A DNA stretch of 59,994 nucleotides, the filler included, from Sluysia triapertura (taxonomy: Eukaryota), in the NCBI GenBank assembly GCA_046118255.1. It is 4 parts of 4 records of this genome, joined end to end, with 100 filler letters (N's around TTAATTAATTAA, not from the genome) between each part and the next. Parts side by side here need not be neighbours in the genome. Positions count along the whole stretch, not along the records: positions 32,240 to 46,804 come from JBJNIA010254966.1; positions 46,905 to 59,994 come from JBJNIA010060427.1; 2 more parts are not named here. One strand, 5' to 3'. Shown piece by piece: positions 38,401-51,878 of this stretch. Under the pieces are notes generated by a model. That model made no database searches. It saw nothing but the letters and a program-made list of their open reading frames with translations, and was not told the origin of the DNA. Within the stretch, counting starts at the first letter, position 1, and each line of letters opens with the position of its first letter. The translations under genes and the position numbers were made by a program.

Positions 38401-41400
38401 ACAAATATCTCGCGTCACATTGATATAAAATATAATTTATTAAACAAATTATTTAATTTCATCAGTTACTTTAAACTTACAAAAACGTCCATGTTATATA
38501 TTGCTGGATGGCCAACTTTTGTTTACATGAGTTCTACATTTTTATCTTAAAAATGTGTCGCGCGATGTGAGGAGGGAAATGCGAAATACATACTATGTTT
38601 ATACTGCTGCGTCACGCATTGTTTTCCATTACAAGTGTAACACAAAATCAAAACATCGTCACCAACGTATTGGTCATCTCTGATATATTGAAAAACCTAA
38701 TACAATAAAAAGATTGTTCTTCGACTTACAAATTAATGCTATTAAATAACAAGTTGTGAAAACTAGCAATTATATGTATAACTAAAACGTTTCACTTACG
38801 TATGTTAAAAATTTAACACAAATTGGATGTTAATTGCTTTTAAAACATGGAGTTTACCTTTTGAAAACATTCGTTGAACAATTCAAATATACCGAATGTA
38901 CTGTTAATTGAATTCAGAAGCCGTAATTGTTTTGCATTGTTATCAAACATTTTAAATATCATATGATTATTAAAATTCTCAGATATAAAATCTTTATTAT
39001 GTTTGCATGATTAATTTCCTCAAGTAAGTATGAGTATCAGACAGTAAAAGCTTCAGTAATAACTCATCATTTAGGTTAAATTTATAAATTTCGAAAGGTA
39101 AGTTTTTGATAAATTTCAAAAAGTGGTTATCTAATTTATTGAGATTTTGCAAAATATCACTTGTCTTATTTTCTCTCAAATAATCATTTTCGGCGCTAGT
39201 TTCAATATTATTCACTAATTCATTTCTTTCTAAATTTACAAGCTTTACTTTTAAACTCGCATGCAACATTTTCTTTAAAATTTGAATTGTGCTTAATTTT
39301 TTTTAAAATTTTCATTTACTAGGATGAGATAATCATGAGGAATTTTGGAATGATCCGTGCAAATTGTATGCATAACAATATTCTTAAGAAGAATAATAAG
39401 CTGAGGAAACGATACCAATCCGTATCAAAGGTCGAGTAGTAATAGTAATAGTAATAAATCCAGACTCTAGTCGCTCATCATACATGAAAGCAATGAATTT
39501 TCATTTAATTCACCATTCATAAAAAATTTGCATAATAAAATTTTTGTGAACCATATCAAGAATAATAATAGTTATATTGATTTTTTACGGATAAGAAAAA
39601 CAGATAAAATATATTCATTATTTTTATTCACATTATTATTACAATTTTTATATTACAAAATTATAATTAAAATTATAATTACAATATTATAATAATAACA
39701 GCGACAACAGCAACAGCATTAGTAACAGTGATAGTAACAGTAGTAATAACATTAATTAAAAAAATGACAAACTTTAAAATTTAGCAAAAATTTTTTTGCA
39801 TTCTAAACTTATGCGTGCTTAAATTTCTTTTGTAATATTTGTAATAATTTTTATCAATTTTTATAATGGTTAAATTAAAAAAAATTATGCCATGGGGATT
39901 AATGAAATAAAATATAAAAATTTCAATAATATTAATAATGGTTTTTAGAGTGGTTGTTTTGAAGTAATTGTTAATGCTGATAAGAATTGTGGAACAGTGA
40001 CTAAAGAATCGTACAATGAAAACGTATTGAATGTTTTGTGAGTGAGTGAATGATTTAGAAAGATATAATAGTTGTTATGTAATAGTGGGTGCTTAATGTG
40101 ATTTGATATCTGCTTATGATATAATAAAATTGCTGGTAAGAGTTTGGGCCACTGCACTTATAACACCTGAGGCAGATATACTTGCTCGGAATTATATTCT
40201 ACAACATCTTCTAATACAATGCCACACTTGATGACAAGTTACAATGTACTGAGAGTTAAAATGCTTAAACATCTAAGTACAAATAGCTATTGGCAATTTG
40301 CCGAAACGCACAAATAAACAAGTACTCAAGAACCCCCGAATAATATTTTGTGGCTGGAGAACCACCGGTTGACTGTCACAGATCGAGGGCATATATTTTC
40401 TAATGTTTACTAGTCCGCAATCTTTTTTGATCGGGGCAGAGTTGACAAATAATGGTTATTTGTTATTTTGTCTGTATTCATGGTAAATCTTGAGCAAAAG
40501 AGAAGAGTAAGATTTGATATCTATATTTCAAATTCGTTAATTGGATGAATCTTAGGTATGATTTCAAATAATCGATACAACAATCATAATTTATCCAAGG
40601 TATCATCAAAATCTTAAAGAAATTAGGTAGTACTTTCAGTACTTGAGCTATCCGTAGTTTAAGTTATGACGATAAAGATACACTAAATGGCTTAGACCGG
40701 GGTGGTTCAATAGCTCACTTACAACTTTATTATCCAAATAAAATCTTCAATGACCTTGTTTCATTGCTATTAGTCTTTTGAAATTTTTTTATATAGATGA
40801 GAAAAAAGAAGCACATACAATAAAGTATTAATGAACTTGTATCGTTTATAGGAAAAATTGATAAAATTATCAACATAAATTAATGAAATAAATATATGAT
40901 ATAATATATAATATAATATAATATGATATAAATGTATAATAGTAATAATAAAATAATGTAATATAATATAATAGTAATAATAATATTTTATAAATATTAA
41001 TTCTGAAATAATTAAATATTCCAGTTGTTTGATATTTGTAAATAGAATAATTTGAAATACTTGCATAAATGAAATTAAATAATTTAAATTTGGTGTTAAC
41101 ACACTTGAATTTTCAAAATATTATTTAATTGCTGTGATTATTTTAAAATTAAAATTTTCTAATATTTTGTAAAATATGAATTTTTTGAGTTATAAGTTAG
41201 TAAAACGTCAACGAGAACATAGTTCTGAAATGAATGAAATAGTAAAACAGGATCATATTGATTCAGAATATTATCAAGGTTTAAATTTATATTACAGTTA
41301 TGAATTGGAATTATTAAATGATAAAATGGATGATCTCAAACATGAATTAGATATTTGTAAAAAAGAATTATCAAATAAATGTCGAGAATATTCTTATAAA

Positions 41401-43452
41401 CTTCGAACTATTGATGAATTGAACAGTAGTATACGATATTTGACTTTACAAGTTGAAAAGCGTGATCAATTGATTTTGGATAATGATTTAATAATTTATG
41501 AGAAACACGATAGTGATGAAGAAAAGCAGACACATCAACCGAACCAATTGGAAAACAATGGCGAAATTAGTAACTCAGATTATACAGTAACTAATAAACC
41601 GGTTAAAATTAAAGGAGTTGCTTTACTTAGTAAAGAAACTGTTTCTTTGTTAGAAGATATGCAAGAAAAAGATTTAGGTTAGTTAGTATAATTTAATATA
41701 ATTCAATAAAATATATTCATTATTTTAAATATGCGTAGTTTAATATAAATTGCAAAAAAATTAACAAATTATTTGTTTTAAACAAAAGGTTTGTTTAATT
41801 TACTTTAAGGAAGCATGAAAATGCTAAATAAATTAGTACATTTTCGAAGTTTCATTAATTAATGAAATTGAATCTACTTCATAAATCTTGCCAGGATATT
41901 GTGGGACAAATTTTACACAGAACTTTTGCTTAATAAATATTGTTTAATGAATCTAATCGGTTACTTCTTTACAAGTTCTATTACTGCAACTGATTCGTTT
42001 TGCCTGAATTATAATGTTAGTACGCCAAATTTTCCTCTAACGCGAATCAATCCAAATCAGGTTAATTTGGACCAATTTATTTGGAAATTTTATTAAGTTA
42101 ATCCCAGTTTGATTCGATCTGCGATATATGATAATTATATCCTCATAACACCGAAGTATGATGCACAGAGTTGTTAAATAAAATTTCATAAATACAAATG
42201 GCCAAAAATAAATGTTTATGTATTCTAATTAACTAAAACTGTTATGTAATACGCATTCACTACAAAAAAATTCCCTAATAATATCAACCGCAAAAAATTT
42301 AATACATTGAAAAGTTAATTCTATAATCTTTAAAGGACAATGCAGTTGTTGAAATGGTGTTGTAAAACTAAACGAATTTTACGATAAATATTACAATTTT
42401 AACAAAGTAAATCAACCTAATAAAGTTGTATCACAAATTTGTGGTAGAAAATTTTAATTGACATTGCAAAATTATTGGAAAAATAATGTATCGTAAGCAA
42501 TGCATAATTTGCGTATTTGACGATATAATATCCAGAGTTTGTTGAATTAGAATAGTCTTTGTTTCAAAGTCTATGACAAATATGTTCTATATTATAGAAT
42601 TCACTCTGTTAGCTCGAAGTCATCTCCGTTAATGACCAAAATCAACATGGAAATGAAAATACTAATTATTATGAATTTGATAAGAGTGACCTTGAAAGTT
42701 TTGATCTAAATGACATGAATTTTTTAGAAATCTTAAAATAAAATATCAGTGCTGAGTTGCGATCAAAGTGTTCAGCAAAACAATACATTTATTGGTTTAT
42801 TTGCACATATGTATTTTAATAAATATAAATGTTGAATTAATAGTAAATTTTTGTCTAATCTATCATGTACAATTTTTTCTTAAGCGTAGTTTTAGTATAA
42901 ACATTAAAACATGATTATCATTTTTATGATTTTTAAAAACATAAAATAAGTTAAACTTAGAAAATATTAATTAAAAATAAACCTTATTAATGAAGCATAA
43001 TGAAACCAATTAGATAACTGATAGTTTCTGATAGTTTACTTTTTTGTATTAAAACTTTTTGATACAGATAAGTTATTTTCAACATATATTTATATTGTTA
43101 TTCAAAAATAAAAACTTAATCTGTAACGAAATATTCCAAATCAATGTAAATTATGAACAAAAATATCATTTTAAGGAAGATAGTTTTATATCTACTAAAA
43201 CGCGTTATACATGCATGCAAAAACCTCATCTATTGGTCTGTTTTGAAGTTTAATTACATTATAATTTACAATGATAAGTTTTATTCGTTATTTTAGAAAG
43301 CTGTGTAAAACGATTGTATGAAGAAAATCAACAAAAAATGGAAGAAATTAAAAAATTAGAAAAACAATTGCAAAATGATCGCGACATTTATTCGAAAAAA
43401 GATAGGCGTCATTCAAATGGAGATGATGAAATGTTAAAGCAAAATCTTGCCA
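35402..43452 (+). CDS. LRRFIP2: LRRFIP1/2-like coiled-coil protein, multi-exon and 3'-incomplete (exons ~35402-35443, 35475-35582, 35617-~35760, ~41197-41677, 43297-43452)
   Basis: Introns are phase-compatible GT-AG (31 nt, 34 nt, ~5.4 kb, ~1.6 kb). DFNLLAAE|ADDQ..HEAQRLKLE resembles recalled ALSNIARE|AEAR..AEARDIR. YSYELELLNDKMDD...QVEKRDQLILDNDLII resembles YQVDTLKDVIEE...LRQRDELIEKHGLVII. VALLSKETVSLLEDMQEKDL|ESCVKRLYEENQQKMEEIKKLEKQL resembles [44 protein letters not shown]. Confidence 0.7.
36593..37388. mobile_element. Tc1/mariner-derived non-autonomous element with TA flanks, inside an LRRFIP intron
   Basis: TA-CAGGGGTTTGCAAAAGTA and TACTTTTGAAAAACAGCTG-TA are imperfect TIRs. It contains RSQLEEYANADGNQFEYLRD* (36765-36827), resembling the R..C...G.(H/Q)FE.L C-terminus of Tc1/mariner transposases. 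Confidence 0.5.
37215..37267. repeat. 20-bp tandem repeat (2.6 copies)
   Basis: AAAACCCATTTATAAAAACG repeated. Confidence 0.9.
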
Positions 43453-44439
43453 GTGAGATTTTTGATTTATATTTACTGGTTAAATTATTTTTATCAATCT
43501 GTTGAAATAAATATAATTTTATTTAATTAAAAGAAAGTCTAACCATTATCAATGTGCGCTAAAAAGAATTGCACTTTTTTACTGCATCGAAAATACAAGC
43601 TATTTGGACATCTTAAAACTTAATTCAATGATATGATGTATCATATGTTTGTCATTTATGAGGTATATCTCAATTTCAAAATATTTAGAAACTTTGCTAA
43701 ACGATATCTCGGATTAATTTATTGAGAGGTTAATTAATTAAAACATGAAATATACCAGTACAACATAATATATTAAACTAAATTTAATATATTTTAAATT
43801 GAATTTACTTAAATTTTACGAAAATTGTAGTTATTAATTACTTTTTTCTTTGAGTATTAACTTTAAAATTTAATGGGTAAATTTTATTTGGTAGTTGCAC
43901 TAGCGTTTCAATCAATCTGCTTATTACTTAATCAATCTGGCTGAAGTTTGGTCCACTTGTTTCTATGGAAGAGATGGAAATGCGGTTTTAATAGTTTAAA
44001 TATAATTAAAGTTTCGTTGCCCCTATACCATGAAATTCCCTGATTATTCAAAATCAGATGAATAATATAAAAATAATATTAAATATTTTAGTGAATTAAA
44101 TTTCAATTTTAAATAAAGCTGTGATTAAAAAATACTTATCAATTATTCTTAGTGTGATAAATTATTCAAATGATTTTAATTATAAGGAAAAGGAATTTTC
44201 ATAATAAAGTAAATTGTTGCAGAGGACAAAGATTACGAATTAATTCGTGTACAAGTGCAGAGTGAATATTAGCCGTTTAACAAAAAATCAAGTAAAGTTT
44301 ATTTAAAAATTTGACGATATTAAATTGTAAAATCGATCAAATGGTAATTGTATTGTCCGTCGAGTGTGAATTATAAGAGGAATTATAATGTTCAATTGTA
44401 ATCAAAAATTCTAATAATAGAGTTCAACTAAAATCTTAA

Positions 44440-44560
44440 ATAAAATATAATTTTATAATATAAATAAAATATAATATAAAATATAATATAATATAAAATA
44501 TAATATAATATAAAATATAATATAAAATATAATATAATATAAAATATAATATAAATAAAA
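44440..44560. repeat. AT-only pentanucleotide satellite (ATAAT/ATAAA)n
   Basis: About 120 nt with no G or C and a 5-nt periodicity. Confidence 0.9.
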
Positions 44561-46642
44561 TTGATATTTTGTGATGTGATTGCAAAAAACTTTTAAAATT
44601 TGTAATGCTTTGCGAATTAAATTAAGTGTCATTTAAAATAATGAAATAACATTTTTATATCTTTTGTTTTTTATAGTAACAACGTTTAAATGTGATATTT
44701 TTTGTATATTTTCAAAGTATTAAATTTAATGTTACCATATTTCTGTGGCTACTTATAATCAACCTATTTGATTATTTTACTATTTATTATACTCTCCATG
44801 ATAATCTACTTCAAATGACATTCATAACATTGACTTAATGTTAAGCTGAAACTTGATTTACTTTTATTTATTTGTTTTTGTAAATGATTGTATTAATTAA
44901 TTTATTTGTAAAATTAAACTTGCACTTTTTCACTTAATATCTATCACAAGATCTGGTTGTAATTGTTTTTCTTATATTTTATGTTTTAATACACTTATGT
45001 AATGAATTGAGAAATTGTTCAAATATACCTAAAATGTGATTTTTCAATAAAAATACTTACATAATACATAATATATTAATTTACACAAAATTACTACTAT
45101 GCAGTACCTACTTAAATGCTTTCAAAATATTAATCACAATATTTCTGAAATCAAAACTTGTATTGCATTTAAATCTTCCACTGAATTAACATTTTCATCA
45201 GCCGATTGTACTTTTTTAAAATCTAAACAGTTTATAACCTATTTATTATTTTACTTGTGCTTATTATTTATAAGAGTCATTTCAAGTGATAATCACAATT
45301 TCAATTATGTAAATGTTTACAAATAATCATAATGATTTTGAATTTTAATCTTGGATTTACGAATAACCAGTTTAATTTTTCAAGGTAGCTGTGATTCAAG
45401 ATATTTTTAAACAGGTTGACTCCAGATAAAAAATTTACATCCATGCCAATGATTCCAGGTAGTCTTATACTTGTCAAGTAATTGTCATTTATATAAATGT
45501 CAAAAGATAAAAAAGATTATGCTAAGTAACTTATAATAAATAATTAAATAATATGTCAGGCGGAGCAGAATTCCAAATGTTCTGGTTTTGGAGTTGTCAA
45601 AAACCTACACTTCATTTTTAATGGTTAATGGTAAAAAAGTTCAAACGATAATTGTATATTGTACTTAGTATTTTAGATAACTCAATTTGTCTCTTTATCT
45701 GTCCACAGTTTTGTGATTAATTCTATCATTGTAACAAATGATCGTGTCTAATTTTCAACCTCTCATAACCTATATCATTACTTTAAAATCCTTTCTTTAA
45801 TTATATCTGCACTGATAGGGATTTTACGATTTCTAATAATTCTAAAACGAGTTACCAAATCTCAATGTTTCTCTTGGAATTTTTGAACTACTATTTTAAT
45901 ATTACTTTTTCCCATTTGGATACAGTGTATCATCAGAATGTGCAATGTGCTTTTGAAATACACTAATTTTTTTTACTGTCGAGTTTCCTTTTCATTTACA
46001 ATTTATATTTCTAATGCATGTTTAAATTATGTTTAAATCAATAAATTTATTTGATTTTTGTTCAGTCAGAAAACATAAATATAACTAGACAATTAAACTA
46101 AAACAATTCGATGTTCGATTAACCTTAAAAAGAATATATCATTTCAGATGAAGTGTGATGTAAATACTACTTTTTTGATGTAAATAAATTTTAGATATTG
46201 TAACTGATACAGTGTTTTTCTTAAAACTGAAATTAAATTATGTCCGATAAAATGTTTAATAAATCATCCTATATTTGAAATCAATACATTTATGTTTACT
46301 GATTTATATCAATTTAGAAGATTGAAGCTTTATGGTCTTGTAAAGTAAAAAATATTTTTTTACTCCGTGTGTCATATGAATTGAAGATAAGAACTATAAA
46401 CTATATTTTAGTATGACTTATTTGAAAAATGGGAAATATTTTAATAAACATTTCCAAATTGGAAAATAGTTTTTTTTATGTTAATTTTTATGACATTGCT
46501 TCAATTTTAAATATGTTTTTGAATTTATTTATGCTCATAATATGTCAAGTTTTTACTCTACTTCGGTGATTTTTGATGAAGTAGACAATTAATTATTTTA
46601 AGTATTTAACCTAAACAAATACATTTTTATTTTTGCGTAAAG

Positions 46643-46644
<2 letters not shown>

Positions 46645-46703
<59 letters not shown>

Positions 46704-46745
46704 TCAATAACAATAATAATATTAATATTAATATTAATATATTAA
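46645..46745. repeat. (AAT)n followed by (AATATT)n microsatellites
   Basis: Directly visible. Confidence 0.95.
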
Positions 46746-46804
46746 CCCTTTCAGCCCCGAATTTTTTTTCCTTAAGATACATGGTGATTTATTGTCTATA
46801 GATG
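46742..46804. mobile_element. piggyBac-like terminus truncated by the contig end
   Basis: TTAACCCTTTCAGCCCCGAA is the classic TTAA+CCC piggyBac end; the other end is not present. Confidence 0.45.
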
Positions 46805-46904
46805 NNNNNNNNNNNNNNNNNNNNNNNNNNNNNNNNNNNNNNNNNNNNTTAATTAATTAANNNNNNNNNNNNNNNNNNNNNNNNNNNNNNNNNNNNNNNN
46901 NNNN
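46805..46904. other. Artificial contig linker 44N-TTAATTAATTAA-44N
   Basis: Same 100-nt structure. Confidence 0.97.
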
Positions 46905-48726
46905 CTGAATAAATAATTAATATTTTACTGGTTATTATAAATAACAAATTTATATTTTTACTAAATAAATATTATAACACATGGAATAATAAAATTGTAG
47001 GAAGTAAATTTCATTTCCTTAAATTCAATATTGAATGTAATTTAAAAAATTCTTGACAAATGTTATCAGCTGAACCAGTCTTAGTTGTATGGTTGTGTCC
47101 ACTGAATCTGATTATGAATAATATGAAAATGAAGATTATCAATTAAAAGAAAAGTTTTATAACACATCTAAAACATCAGATACGGTCATGATGATATAAC
47201 TATGTATGAAGTTAAATCATCAAATCCAATAAAATGTTTATTGATATAATTGAATCAAAAACATTACCTTTAAGCTCAATTTTGACACAATTATCTGATT
47301 TGGCCGTTTCGAACTCGTAATTCGGAAATAAGGAATCATAAATCAGAAGACAGAAAGGAATAATCTATTGGAACAAGCTACACGTATCACAAAAGCAGGA
47401 ATTACGCAAGACGATCTAATTATCGAAAATGACGAACTGAAACAAAATTTAACTCAAATTAATAATGAAGAATGAGAAACAAATGTCTTGCAGAATTAAA
47501 AAAAAGAATAGAAGAAGGAATACGTAAACAAGACAAGACAAAACAACTCTTTGAATTAGAATTTTATACAAGTTTAATGTTTTCTAAAAATACACGAAGA
47601 ATTGGAAAGAATAATGTTTGAAAATTATTCAATAAAGGAAATTCACTAAAAGAATGTTTGCTTCATGCACTGTTTAAGAGTAATACCAGTTTAGGATCTT
47701 TTTAAAAATGTTTATGCAGCTTTTAAAAAATTTGAAAAACGAATTTGCAATTTGAAATATGTTTCCAAATCGAGAGATCCGTGCGATTAATCGAATCATT
47801 TACTACAGATACAAGAAGAGCTAATGTACAAATTCCGAGTTTGAAATTACACTGTGCAAATAACTGTGGAAGCAACTCTAACGTATGTTGCACATATTCA
47901 TACTGTGTAAGGTATTTTAAAATTTCTTCCAGATATTGTTTGCTGAAGAATTAATACAAAGAAGTTATTTGTTTACTACCTATGTGCTATCGATTAATTG
48001 AAGTGTCGAAATTGGCATCCGATGAACAAATGATTCCTTTTGTGAAATAAACTATTTGGTTTATGTTGGGCGGCAGGCGGAATGTGTTTAACTCAAAAAA
48101 TGAACTAAGGTTCCTTTAGCAACAATACTTGACGCTAATGATAAAAGAGTAAAAGCATACTTTGTGAGGATTGAATGGTGAATCGTGGGACAGAGAAATT
48201 ACAGAGTTGCGAAGTGATTTCAGAAAGTTTTCACTAATTATAAATAATTTTCAAACTCTTTATTAAGAATGAATGTATTTATTATACAAAATTAATATTG
48301 GAACTTAATAATGCTAGTACGAATTTCAGAAATTACTAGAATGCATGAATCAGAAATATATTTAGATACTGTAATATCACTTTTTTAAAGTCACTTTTAG
48401 AATAGCTGGTAATAATTCACAAACATACTCTACAGAGTACATCAGTTTTCTAAAGTGGTTCACATGAATCGAGTACGACTGCTCGAGAGATTGGGATGAT
48501 ACAACATTCGAATTGTTACGAAGTAAAGTTGGGCCTTAAGACCAATTAACGATCAATGGCAATTTAATAGTAAAACATAAAGTGCCTCTCACTTTCGGCC
48601 GATTTTGAAATTATATTTTTATAAAATTAGACTTTATATTTTATATTTTAATTCTCGCATTACATCCACGATAGGGGAGTGTGTTTTCAATACTTGAAAT
48701 AATTTTATATTTTTATAAAACCACAG

Positions 48727-51700
48727 CTATCTGTCGATACTGGTGGAAGCTCGGGAATCTGTCAATGCCAGCTGTATGTTGAAATTGTATTACGTAGTTG
48801 GGGATAGTGGCTGGCGTCCAAGTTACGATATTCGCATTATTAACAGTGAGAATAAAATGAAGGTTAGTTAATGTTTTCCACTTTGTAGACCGTTAATGAA
48901 TGTAACTTTTTGATATTTGCAGATAACGTATTACGCGATTATCCAACAAGAGACCGGTGAAAATTGGGTTGATGTGGAAAGTTTGTTTGTAAGTACTTTA
49001 CAACCGGCCGTTGGAGGCTGTGTTCCAGATATTGGCGTTCAGAAAGTGGGATTCAAGAGTAGTGCGGATGCGATGCTTAGAGGGTTAGTGAATATTCAAA
49101 TGTAGAGTGTAATATAATATATTCTCTCTTACAGACAATTGAATCCTCGTGCTAAAGCACCCACTTTAGTGACGTCTCGAAGCAGTTTACGAGGCTGTAA
49201 ATCTTCCGAATCTTCGAAAATGCTTAAGCACTTAGAATTGGCCACAGTTCTTCTTGAGAGTACTGATGACAGATCTGTCAGTACTTCTGAAGTAAAAAAT
49301 GATTTGTTATTGCTCTGTGTGCATATTGAAAGATAGCTCTTACGCCTGCTGCATTATTTGATTGTATGCATGCTTAATGAAATTATATAGATTTTTATTT
49401 GAGAATTAATATAGATATTATACTAAATATAGTTTGTTGTTTATCTAAGACATGTACGACTAATATTTTTAACTTCTTCCTGCTGGATGATTACGGTTCC
49501 AATTAACGGAAGATTAAAAGTGGACTTAGTTGATAATAACGTGGTAATCTGTTTTTATGAATTTGATTATATTTCGTTTTATCACAGACAGGAGAAGAAT
49601 GATCAAATATTTTTTAGTTGAATATCGCGTTGTGTCAATTCTATTTGACAACGGTAGATTCTGTGATTGTTGACAACAAATGGAATCACAAATACATCAA
49701 AGATTGATATTTTTATGGAAAATTGAAGCCTGTTCTCAAATTTCTATTCGAAATCGAATATTTTTTCTTTAACCAACATGTCAAAATGTGTAAAATTATT
49801 TTCCTTAAAGATTGTCAAGTTTATTAGTTTCAAACATTGCCTTAATCATTCTGTTTTTTCCCACAAAGGATACGCTGTCGTATTTAAATGAGTTCTCAAG
49901 ACTGCAAGTTATTTTTCATTAAGTTTTATGGTCGACTTGGTTATACATCGCCAAGTATTTTCTAAGACTTCCTATCCGATTCTCGAAAACTATATGATTT
50001 GCCTGCATCGTCAACATCTATAAATCGAGGAATCCTGAATTTGGTGACGAAATTGATAGCTTTTGCGCATAACTCGTCCGGCCCTTCTAAGCAATAATAT
50101 TTTATTTATAAATTTTGGGAAGAAGTTTCATTGTCTTATTAATTTTGCACTACTTTTTACCAAAAATTTCTGGGAAAATCTTCAGGAGCAATTTCACATT
50201 TCTTATCATTCAGGGTTAGGGTTATAATTATAATAATACAATTATCTTTTTATTTCTTAAACATAATTATAGTTGTGGTTACCACTTTACTGAATTTAGT
50301 TTAAATTCTATTAATGCAATCAATTTAAAATTAGTCTATCGGGAATTCAGACTTCGCTTTTTATGGTTAAAGCATTAAGGTTAATGTTCTGTTTTAATTC
50401 CTTTCAACGCGTCATATGCACGAGTTAAAACGCAACTTCATAATGACAATGTCAATGACAGCCTTAAAACCAATTTATGAACAGATATATTCGTAACTAA
50501 AAGAATCGCTTAAACTGTTAATTATTAATACAGACAAAATCAACAGTTGATTCTTCGAGGAACCAACAAAATATCCAAACGCGACAGGTTGAGCAAGACA
50601 TTGTCGTATCATGAGAAGGAGAGACACCAGCAAGTAGTTCTTGCATCTAGACTTGCTGCTGGTTCAGGAGTCATCGGCGTGGGTGCATGTCCAGGTACTG
50701 GCACTACAGGCTACCACTCTGATGATGACATGGCAGTTGTGTCGGTCACCGCTTCCAATTCCTGCACTTCTCGAACGAGGGCCAGTACTTTGGACCGACC
50801 TGGATGCAATCAAGAATTTACGGTTTTGTCATTGTATGATTTTATGTCGTATAGTGTCTATGTAATGTGTTGTGATGTATCCTTATATGATGTATTCCAT
50901 TTATTATTTGTTTGAATGTAGCCTTTTTTATTGCGACCTTCAGCAAAATTCCAGTGTATACTTGAAGATTAAAAATGATTATTTATATCAAATACGTCTA
51001 TTTTTCGAGATCATATAATAAAATTAATTTAATTGAATTATTTTTTGATAAAGTTTTGTATTAGTTTGGCGTACAATTATATTTGCTGTAATACAAATGG
51101 TGCTTTGATGTTGAGAATTCTATATATCTGTTTATTGATTCTGGATCCTTATGATTAAAATATTGATTTAATTGTCCGTTTTAATGTAATTCAAATTTTG
51201 AATTTGAAAATATTTAAATAAAATTAAATGTGGAGTAGAAAATTACACTAGAATGGATTAAATGTGTGCTCTCATTTATTTTACGAATTTGTTGGGCCAT
51301 TTGATTTTATTTATGAGTTTATCTACGTGATGAAAATGATCTGGGAAAGTAAATTTCAAGTAACTGTACTTATAATTTGATGATAATAATAATAATAAAT
51401 AATATTATTAAGATACTGGCGATTTATAGTTTCACATTCAGCAAAACAATCGCAGGATATTTTGTATAACAAAAGAAATATTTGAATTTATTCCATTTAG
51501 GACCAAGCTCAGGTTGATACATCTGCAGGTGGTGTAATACCAAGTTTATCGTCAATATCGACTCAATCTGCCACTCTTGCAGTGCCTTCAAAACGTATTG
51601 GGCCATTCTTGAAGGATACGTTGTCCGCATTCTTCAAGATTCCTCGCGTTCCGACCGTGATACCCAGTAGCACTGACTCAACTTCTAGATCCAGAACAGA

Positions 51701-51878
51701 CGACACCTTTGAGAGGATCGTTATCGGATATCTCGATTTAACACCGTCATTTGAATATGCCAGCGTGCCTAAACGAACTCCGTATGCGTTTTTGCGCGCC
51801 TCGGCAATAAATTCTACTGACTTTGTTATACTACCGGGACCAGCAAATGTTTTCATAGATTGTAGTTTTATTGGAAAG
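48727..51878 (+). CDS. DUF4139-domain protein (F37C4.5/MuiA-like), internal exons 48727-48862, 48923-49083, 49135-49291, 50547-50822, 51501-51878
   Basis: LKLYYVVGDSGWRPSYDIRI...|ITYYAIIQQETGENWVDVESLFVSTLQPAVGGCVPDIG and FKIPRVPTVIPSS...IVIGYLDLTPSFEYASVPKRTPYAFLRASAINSTDFVILPGPANVFIDCSFIGK are DUF4139 signatures. All four introns are GT-AG, phase-compatible and give one stop-free frame. Confidence 0.85.

Noticed and set aside
47100-48250. Coiled-coil-like coding fragments
   Set aside because: Many stops and frame changes with no recognisable family; cannot be supported as a feature.
51424-51856. Minus-strand ORFs of 68 and 97 aa
   Set aside because: They are antisense shadows of the DUF4139 exon.
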